Shown piece after piece: positions 57,330 through 64,000 of a DNA stretch of 64,000 bases (the stretch's first letter is position 1; each line of letters starts with the position of its first letter). Made by a program: the position numbers and the translations under genes. The notes beneath the pieces were generated by a model. The model was given only the letters and a program-made list of their open reading frames with translations. It searched no databases and had not been told where the DNA came from. This stretch comes from Elainellaceae cyanobacterium. GTDB lineage: Bacteria; Cyanobacteriota; Cyanobacteriia; CAZCXK01. The stretch spans positions 1-64,000 of the forward strand of contig JBNPEG010000074.1 in NCBI GenBank assembly GCA_051117555.1, in the 5' to 3' direction.

Positions 57330-58841
57330 TTAGCGGACATCATAGCCAAATAGATTCGGATCAATTTTCTCTCCCAATTGCAAATCAGCGAGACCATAGT
57401 CCGCCCATCGACGATCGACCGCTGCGGCGACATCGGGGTCAGATTCTAGCGGCTCACCCCACGGATGGTCGGTTTCAGGCGGAATTTTGGTCGTTGCATC
57501 GATGCCCATTCGTCCTCCCAGGCCAATCTTCTCGCTAGCAAAGTCGAGGCTATCAAACGGCGTTTCAGGCAAGATAAAGACATCCCGAGACGGATCAACC
57601 TTCGACGTAATCGCCCACACCACTTGCCTTGGATCTCGAATATTGATGCTTTTATCGACCACGATCACAAACTTGGTATAGGTGAACTGGGGTAACGCGC
57701 TCCAGAAAGCCAGCGCAGCCCGTTTTGCTTGCCCCGGATAGGCTTTGTCAATTGAAATAATTGCGGCTTTGTAGCTCAGCGCCTCCATCGGCAAGAAGAA
57801 ATCTGTAATTTCAGACACCTGTTGCCGGAGAATGGGAGTGTAGATGCGATTCAGGGCGATCGCCATCATGGCTTCTTCTTTAGGCGGGCGACCGCTAAAC
57901 GTCGTGAGATAGATTGGATTATTGCGATGGGTCATGCAGTGAAAGCGGACGAGCGGCGACTCTTCGACTCCACCGTAATATCCCATGTGATCACCGAACG
58001 GCCCGTCCGGCAGCATTTCACCGGGCGTAATCGTTCCCTCTAAGACAAACTCAGAATCTGCAGGCACTTCCAAGTCAACTGTTTTGCATTTGGCTAAATG
58101 AACGCCTGAACCACCATAAAGCCCTGCAAATAGCCACTCTGATAGATCGACTGGAATTGGCGTCGCCGCCGCCATAATGATCAGCGGATCAACCCCAAGG
58201 GCGATCGCCACTTCTAGTTTTTTGCCCCGCTCGGCTGCTTTGCGCAAATGGCGCGCGCCCCCGCGCACAGAAAGCCAGTGAACCGTCATCGTCGTTGCAG
58301 ACTGAAGCTGGAGCCGATACACGCCGACATTGGGAGTTCCAGTTTCACAATCTTTCGTGATCACCAGACCGAGGGTAATGATCTTCCCCGCGTCTCCCGG
58401 ATACGGGCGAATCATGGGAATTTTGGTTAAGTCTACATTGTCTTTAACCACAACTTGATGGCACGCAGGGAGCAGATCCCGCGCAGGCTTGGCTCGCACC
58501 ACGTCAAATAAAATTTTTCCAAACTCGATCGCCTGTGAAATTTTCTTGGGAGGCTTGGGCTGTTGCAGCATTCCCAATTTCTTTCCCAAGTCTTCAAGTT
58601 CGTCGGGGCGTTCCATATTCATAGCCCAGCAAATTCGCTCGACCGTACCCATGACATTAATAGCAACTGGATACGGCGACCCTTTCACATTCTCAAAGAC
58701 CAGAGCCGGCCCGCCTACCTGCAACATACGGTTGCTAATTTCGGCAATTTCTAAATCGGGATCAACGGGTGCAGTAATGCGTCGTAGCTGTCCGCGCTGT
58801 TCAATGAGTTTTAAGAATGTCCGCAAATCTCGTGCCATCAT
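57330..58841 (-). CDS. ubiD: UbiD family decarboxylase (plastoquinone pathway)
   Basis: DLRTFL, NVGVYRLQ, PDGPFGDHMGYY, GRPPKEE, MGIDAT. Confidence 0.93.
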   Translation of the reverse strand: MMARDLRTFLKLIEQRGQLRRITAPVDPDLEIAEISNRMLQVGGPALVFENVKGSPYPVAINVMGTVERICWAMNMERPDELEDLGKKLGMLQQPKPPKKISQAIEFGKILFDVVRAKPARDLLPACHQVVVKDNVDLTKIPMIRPYPGDAGKIITLGLVITKDCETGTPNVGVYRLQLQSATTMTVHWLSVRGGARHLRKAAERGKKLEVAIALGVDPLIIMAAATPIPVDLSEWLFAGLYGGSGVHLAKCKTVDLEVPADSEFVLEGTITPGEMLPDGPFGDHMGYYGGVEESPLVRFHCMTHRNNPIYLTTFSGRPPKEEAMMAIALNRIYTPILRQQVSEITDFFLPMEALSYKAAIISIDKAYPGQAKRAALAFWSALPQFTYTKFVIVVDKSINIRDPRQVVWAITSKVDPSRDVFILPETPFDSLDFASEKIGLGGRMGIDATTKIPPETDHPWGEPLESDPDVAAAVDRRWADYGLADLQLGEKIDPNLFGYDVR

Positions 58842-59053
58842 GAAGTCGTGTTAAGCGTACTCTCTCATTATGAGACGAGATGCTGATAAGAAGCGACCTC
58901 AAGATTAGCCATTGCCTGCGTCTATATAAACCGTTTTTCTTAAAAATACCTCTGGGTTGGCTTTTCAAATGAGATGAGATGTATTCAGATTTAAAGAAGA
59001 TTCCTCGTGCCGAATTGCAGCTTACGTCTTCACTCTATACCTCAGACTCGACT

Positions 59054-60358
59054 ATGCCACTATCGATTGCGTTCATTACCTTCGCATCTAGACCCGATGA
59101 TTTGAAAGCACTTGTCCGTAGACATCAGATGACGCTGTCTCGATATCATCTCGTTGTGGCTCAACCGAATGAGCGATCGCCTTTGAATCTAGCAGATCTT
59201 GATTTAGAATGCGTCGCCTCTGATTTGGATGGAGACTCAGAAATTCGAGAGCGCGTTGTCAATGGAGACATGGTCGCGGTGATTCTGCTCGTCGACTTAT
59301 CGGAACCTCACGCCAATGAGTCTGAAATTCGAGCACTCATTGAAACCTGCGACATTCACAATGTCCCATTAGCAACCAACATGGCGACCGCAGATATCGT
59401 GATTCGCTCTCTGAGCAAGCAGCGGATCGCGCATCTGATTTTCAATCCCGTTGCAGGGCAGGGCAATCCAGATCAAGATCTCAAGCTCATTCGTAGCGTA
59501 TTAGAGCCCCAGGTGCAGCTCAATATGATTTTCACGCAGCCTGATGTGCCCGTCCCTGATCAGGTGAGCGACGCGATCGCCAATATTCGCGCCAAAGAAC
59601 ACGATCCTAATGAACACGAAGCCAGCGCCGATTTGATCATTGCCTCCGGAGGAGACGGCACGGTGTCAGCGGTGGCAGGCGAGTTAATTGGCACCGGGAT
59701 TCCGCTGGGCGTGATTCCAAGAGGCACTGCCAATGCCTTCGCGTCAGCAGTGGGCATTCCTACCAATCTCCGCAACGCATGCGAAACTATCTTGGCAGGA
59801 AACACCTACGTGATGGACGCCGCTCGATGTAACGACACCCCTATGATTTTGTTAGCAGGTGTTGGCTTTGAGGCGGAGATGGTGGCAAACGCCGACACGG
59901 ATATGAAACAGTTTTGGGGCCCGTTGGCCTATGTCTTGGCAGGGGTGCGGCAATTAAATCAGCAAGAACTCTTTAGTGCCCAAATCGAAATCGAAGGGGA
60001 GGTGAGCGACATTGAAACGGTTGCCATTACCGTTGCCAATGCTGCTCCACGAACGTCAGTATTAGCGCAAGGGTTTGGAGAAGTGATTCCCAACGACGGA
60101 CTGCTGGATATCACCATTGGCACGATGCAAACTGGGTTTCAAGCCATAAATGCCCTCGCGTCGCTATTCAAATCAACGCTGGTAGACACCCCCAGCGAAC
60201 AAGACGATATCGTATGTTTGCGATCGCAACGTATCAAAATCATCACCGACCCACCCCGCAAAATTGTGGTTGATGGTGAAATGGTTGGCACGACGCCGGC
60301 TGAATTTGAATGCATTCCGGGGGGGTTGACCGTTTTCACACCGCTGACTTCGATTTAA
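59054..60358 (+). CDS. YegS/DAGK-family lipid kinase with degenerate N-terminal methylglyoxal-synthase-like domain
   Basis: CDIHNVPLATNMATAD; IFNPVAG, ASGGDGTV, IPRGTANAFA, VVDGE; start 59054 or 58979. Confidence 0.88.
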   Translation: MPLSIAFITFASRPDDLKALVRRHQMTLSRYHLVVAQPNERSPLNLADLDLECVASDLDGDSEIRERVVNGDMVAVILLVDLSEPHANESEIRALIETCDIHNVPLATNMATADIVIRSLSKQRIAHLIFNPVAGQGNPDQDLKLIRSVLEPQVQLNMIFTQPDVPVPDQVSDAIANIRAKEHDPNEHEASADLIIASGGDGTVSAVAGELIGTGIPLGVIPRGTANAFASAVGIPTNLRNACETILAGNTYVMDAARCNDTPMILLAGVGFEAEMVANADTDMKQFWGPLAYVLAGVRQLNQQELFSAQIEIEGEVSDIETVAITVANAAPRTSVLAQGFGEVIPNDGLLDITIGTMQTGFQAINALASLFKSTLVDTPSEQDDIVCLRSQRIKIITDPPRKIVVDGEMVGTTPAEFECIPGGLTVFTPLTSI

Positions 60359-60365
60359 GCCCGAT

Positions 60366-62003
60366 TTAAGCCCGATCGCGCGTTATCAAAACAAACCCTT
60401 CGGCGCGTCCAAGACTATTAGACTGCTTGAGCTTCAACTGTGTAAGAGTATCTTCGTCAAGCAGCAGATACGGTGTATCATCATTGCGCCAGTGCCGACG
60501 AAGCCGTTGCGTCTTCCCTTCGACCGAAATCACCCGGCGATCGCTATAAAATTCCAGCGACGGGCGACCGTGCGGATGAGAGGTATAAACGACCTCCTCT
60601 GGGGGAGTATTTTGCTGAATGAGGTGTGCAACGGGCTTCACCGGATAATCTTCTGCCAGTTCCCAGACCCACTGATCAGACGCCATCAGCACTACCAGGG
60701 TTAGATAAAATCCCCAAATCAGCACTGGGATAAATTCTCGATGGCGCTGGGCTAGCTGCACGAGCGCAACCGTCATCGTCAAACCCAATGCAGCGAGGGC
60801 GATCGCCAGATTTGGTTCCGATTCGATCTGGGTGAAATAGACACTTCCTCCCCAACCCGCGATCGCCAGTACGCCTAAAAATCCAAGGAGGGTGCCCAGA
60901 TATCGCCAGCTCGGAGAGAGTTTGCGAGACGCCCCCGGCAACGTTTGCCAGAGCCGATTGAGTTCGACTCCGACGACCAATGCCAATGCTGGATAAACGG
61001 GAATTACGTACCACGGCAGCTTAGTGCCGATGAGTGAAATCACGCTGAAGTAGCCAATACTCCAGGCCAATACCAGCTTTGACCAACTTCGCGAGCGATC
61101 GCCCCATGCCAGGCGAAACCCCATCGGCGCAAATAGCAGCCAGGGAAACCCATATTTCAAAATCTCTAGCACATAAACCCAGGGCGGACCTGCATTATTT
61201 TCTACTGACTCCCATAGCCGATCAAAGGATTGATCCATCACATGAGTCGCCAAAAACTGACTCCCATACTGCGTCCATTGAGCCGCATACCAGGCAATCA
61301 CGGGCGCACTACCGATGAAAACACCGAGCCATAGATAGGCCGATGTCAGCATCCGGGGTGCATCCCAGAGGATAAACAATAGGGCGATCGCCCCCAATAG
61401 CAATCCCAATGCCCCTTTCGTCAGGCAGATCAGTCCAAACCCAATGCCTACCCCTAATGCCCAACGGGGGCTGCGGCGCGATCGCAGCAGACTCCAAATC
61501 ATCAGCAAAAAGAAGCACAGCACAGCCCCATCCAGCATTGCCAGCCGCCCATGCCGCGCAACAGGCAGCATCACGAGATAGACGGCCCCCGCAAATATCG
61601 CCGTCGTACGCTGGACAAAAATCTCACGACCAATGCCGTAGAGCAATGGCACAGAAGCCGCTGTGAGTAACGCCCCCGGCAGTCGAGCCGTCCATTCATT
61701 CACGCCTCCAATCGAAAAAGCGATCGCCATGAGCCAATGCACGAGCGGCGGTTTATTGAGATACGGCTCACCATGCAGCGATGGATAGAGCCACCCGTCC
61801 CACGAAGGCGATCGCCCTATCTCGCGGGCAACCTGAGCCACCGTTCCCTCATCCCAGTCGCGCAATGGCACTCCGCCGAGATTGATGGTAAATAGCACCA
61901 CCGCTGCGAGCATCAGTCCGCCCCCGATCAGCCATTCGGACTGGCGATCAGCCCATACGAGCCAGCGCTTGATGTGAAGTAAGCTTGGAGAATCGCGATG
62001 CAT
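60366..62003 (-). CDS. ArnT/PMT-like glycosyltransferase (GT39/GT83)
   Basis: LRDWDEG, YLNKPPL, ARLPGA, RLAMLD, LTKG, TKLPWY. Confidence 0.9.
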   Translation of the reverse strand: MHRDSPSLLHIKRWLVWADRQSEWLIGGGLMLAAVVLFTINLGGVPLRDWDEGTVAQVAREIGRSPSWDGWLYPSLHGEPYLNKPPLVHWLMAIAFSIGGVNEWTARLPGALLTAASVPLLYGIGREIFVQRTTAIFAGAVYLVMLPVARHGRLAMLDGAVLCFFLLMIWSLLRSRRSPRWALGVGIGFGLICLTKGALGLLLGAIALLFILWDAPRMLTSAYLWLGVFIGSAPVIAWYAAQWTQYGSQFLATHVMDQSFDRLWESVENNAGPPWVYVLEILKYGFPWLLFAPMGFRLAWGDRSRSWSKLVLAWSIGYFSVISLIGTKLPWYVIPVYPALALVVGVELNRLWQTLPGASRKLSPSWRYLGTLLGFLGVLAIAGWGGSVYFTQIESEPNLAIALAALGLTMTVALVQLAQRHREFIPVLIWGFYLTLVVLMASDQWVWELAEDYPVKPVAHLIQQNTPPEEVVYTSHPHGRPSLEFYSDRRVISVEGKTQRLRRHWRNDDTPYLLLDEDTLTQLKLKQSNSLGRAEGFVLITRDRA

Positions 62004-62184
62004 AACAGAGTTTGATGCAAGAGAGGACAGGATTGAGATTCTCTGGCATCATATCAACCCGACACAGGCGCTATTCCCCCTATTTGAAATTGGATGATGT
62101 TTAACTAGTCCTATGGTAGAGACTGAGATGGACCAGTCACGATTAAGATACTAGTTAAACGAATTTCTGCATCTCTTTTATTTG

Positions 62185-62274
62185 TAGCGATCCTAAATCG
62201 CTTGTAAATTGTGTGTGAGTGGTGGGGCAGGCGCCGCCCGCCCCACCACTCACACCCCATCTGGGATTGCTATA
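62185..62274. mobile_element. MITE-like element with internal 16-bp hairpin
   Basis: Ends TAGCGATCCTAAAT...ATCTGGGATTGCTA; stem GTGTGAGTGGTGGGGC / GCCCCACCACTCACAC. Confidence 0.7.
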
Positions 62275-62320
62275 GTACTATTCGTTATACATGCAACGCT
62301 GAATCAAATGAGGCATCATC

Positions 62321-62644
62321 ATGAATCAGCTTCCCAAATATGCTTGGCTAGTTGTTGGCGCAATTTTGGCGATCGCCGGACTCGTCATCGTTAATGACCC
62401 ATTCGAGGCAGGGCAGTTTGCCAAAGGCTATTTTGCTGCCGGAGACTTTGCCATGGGCGTATTCGCCTCGGGCAACTTCTCGATTGGCATTTTATCGGCG
62501 GGTATCTTTTCCTTCGGTATTTTCTCGATTGGTATTTTCTCGTTCGGCTTGTTTTCGTTCGGTTTGTTTAGTGCTGGCTTATTTACAATGGGGCTTTATC
62601 TCGCCGGACGATATCGGCAGCGGCTCAAAAGCAGCCATGAGTAA
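62321..62644 (+). CDS. Small membrane protein with Gly-x-Phe-Ser-x pentapeptide repeats
   Basis: N-terminal TM, then GYFAA GDFAM GVFAS GNFSI GILSA GIFSF GIFSI GIFSF GLFSF GLFSA GLFTM. Confidence 0.75.
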   Translation: MNQLPKYAWLVVGAILAIAGLVIVNDPFEAGQFAKGYFAAGDFAMGVFASGNFSIGILSAGIFSFGIFSIGIFSFGLFSFGLFSAGLFTMGLYLAGRYRQRLKSSHE

Positions 62645-62696
62645 CTTCGCTTTACGGCTCTGGCTGTTTAGGTGAGCTTGTTGCTCAGATCCAAAT

Positions 62697-63161
62697 TTAA
62701 CCCTCCAATGATGGCGTCTCTTGAGGCGCTTTGGCGTGGTTGCCGATAATCTGAGCTAATCCGGGCACCGCATTTTCGATGTCGCCTTTCACAGATTTAC
62801 GGAATTTGTTGTAAGAGCTTCGGACAATCCCGTTGCCAGATTTTTGAATTCTCGCGTCGGTCACACTGAGAATCATATCTGCCGTACGAGAGCGGTTTTG
62901 AATCAGGTGGTTAACGGGGTTGCCCGTCTGGATACCTTCACTCCACATCGGATCGAGAGCGGCAAGGGTGTCGGGTAATAGCCGTGCGATCGCCACTGAA
63001 ATGTAGCCCGGTTTAACGCCTTTAACCGCACCATAAGCGGCTTTCATTCCCATGCCAGAAAGTCCACTTTTTGCCGCGACTTGTTCGTCTATCAACGTGA
63101 CGCAGTCTGCCACGATGCGGGCTTTGATGGTCTTGTCTTTAAGGCTATCGCTGAGTTCCAT
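62697..63161 (-). CDS. Conserved hypothetical protein (DUF6918-like)
   Basis: IVADCVTLIDEQVAAKSGLSG...YGAVKGVKPGY...LSVTDAR. Confidence 0.7.
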   Translation of the reverse strand: MELSDSLKDKTIKARIVADCVTLIDEQVAAKSGLSGMGMKAAYGAVKGVKPGYISVAIARLLPDTLAALDPMWSEGIQTGNPVNHLIQNRSRTADMILSVTDARIQKSGNGIVRSSYNKFRKSVKGDIENAVPGLAQIIGNHAKAPQETPSLEG

Positions 63162-63274
63162 ATCAGTTTTCCTAGATATAAAGGCGCACAATTCTTGGGT
63201 ATTGACACGGGTTAGTTGACGTTATGTTCCCGCAGAGTTTCTTAGCATGGCCCTTAACGTTCATCAAAGGTCAT

Positions 63275-63330
63275 CTATAGCAATCCCCGCCGCTCACACA
63301 CAATTTATAAACGATTTGGGATCGCGATAG
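63275..63330. mobile_element. Inverted, internally deleted copy of the 62185 MITE-like element
   Basis: Reverse complement GCGATCCCAAATCGTTTATAAATTGTGTGTGAGCGGCGGGGATTGCTATAG matches both ends of 62185-62274. Confidence 0.72.
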
Positions 63331-63474
63331 TTTTTAAGAGGTCGGAATAGATAATGCTTTTGATATTCAAACTCAACTCAAACCTGGGTAGCAAGAACTA
63401 TGATTGGCCTTGTCGAAAACCCCATCAAAGCTTTTCACAAAATTCATAGCTAGAGGATTTGAAGATTATCGATA

Positions 63475-63820
63475 GGGCATCTCGAAGTGGCTGTTTCGCG
63501 AGCAGTTGCAGACGCTAGAGTTGATAGAGGCACTGTTCGAGCAGTTTGAGCAGTATCTGCAATAGGCGGGCTATGCGGCCAAAGGCGGGCAGATCGTAGA
63601 CGCTACGCTAGTGCCAGTGCCAAAGCAGCGCAACAATGTTCTAGGGGGATTGCTAGATGCGGGTAATCCAGATGATGAGCTTTGGGCTGATAGTGCCCAT
63701 CGTAGTGAAGCCACTGAGCGGGCGCAGACTGACTTGGGTTTGAAGAACTTGAGCTATAACCTCAAGCGCTTTGTCTTTTGGCAAAGCCAAAAGGAGACAA
63801 CGGCAACTGTCACAGGATGA
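63475..63820 (+). mobile_element. IS5-family transposase relic with multiple deletions
   Basis: WLFREQL...YLQ*AGYAAKGGQIVDATLVPVPKQRN, WADSAHRS, LGLKNLSYNLKRF; in-frame TAG at 63563. Confidence 0.82.
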
Positions 63821-64000
63821 GTGTGTCTGATTGAACTCTCTGGAGGTCGGTTATTTGGGAAACTGGTTTCCTCTCATACCAATTCTCTTGGTTGAGGCTA
63901 CAGATTCTGCAATTATGAAGGAGCAGAGTTTGGCATATATCCATGGCGGGGGTCTACCGATTAGAAATTTCGGAAAGTAGCGAGGAGTTAATACCAATTC

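Noticed and set aside
2766..61666. Many overlapping or antisense short ORFs in the six-frame track (e.g. 2766-3293, 30392-30934, 40588-41208, 52341-52853)
   Set aside because: Shadows of well-supported genes with no motifs of their own

Overview
Cyanobacterial chromosomal DNA: the HIP1 octamer GCGATCGC is very frequent, and the window carries petJ, rca and gifB. About 0.3-34 kb is a modular iron/siderophore-uptake island with no biosynthesis genes and no FecCD/FecE-type permease. It holds four cassettes of PchR-like AraC regulator, AMIN-domain TonB-dependent receptor, periplasmic binding lipoprotein and an accessory gene (DUF1636, sucrase-ferredoxin or MFS), plus a truncated fifth AraC and two half-size ABC transporters. 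Uma2, DUF29 and toxin-antitoxin genes sit at the cassette junctions. The non-coding DNA shows a repeated promoter layout: a cassette-specific direct repeat with 21-bp period that abuts or overlaps the AraC stop codon, then a -10 box, a Fur-like box, and a GTGTGWG motif just before the receptor start. There are also signs of rearrangement: a ~190-bp duplication ending exactly at a HIP1 site and bracketing one cassette, a DUF1636 gene split by a TA module, and small hairpin insertions inside genes. From 34 to 64 kb the content is core-like: GH15 glucoamylase, PRTase, a multidomain response regulator / 10-PAS kinase / CheY-like operon, Crp flanked by two pseudo-receivers, glgX, TPR protein, petJ, rca, MBOAT, gifB with a glutamine riboswitch and NtcA box, ubiD, a lipid kinase, GT39, two MITE-like repeats and an IS5 relic. 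All calls come from reading motifs by eye; no database searches were run.
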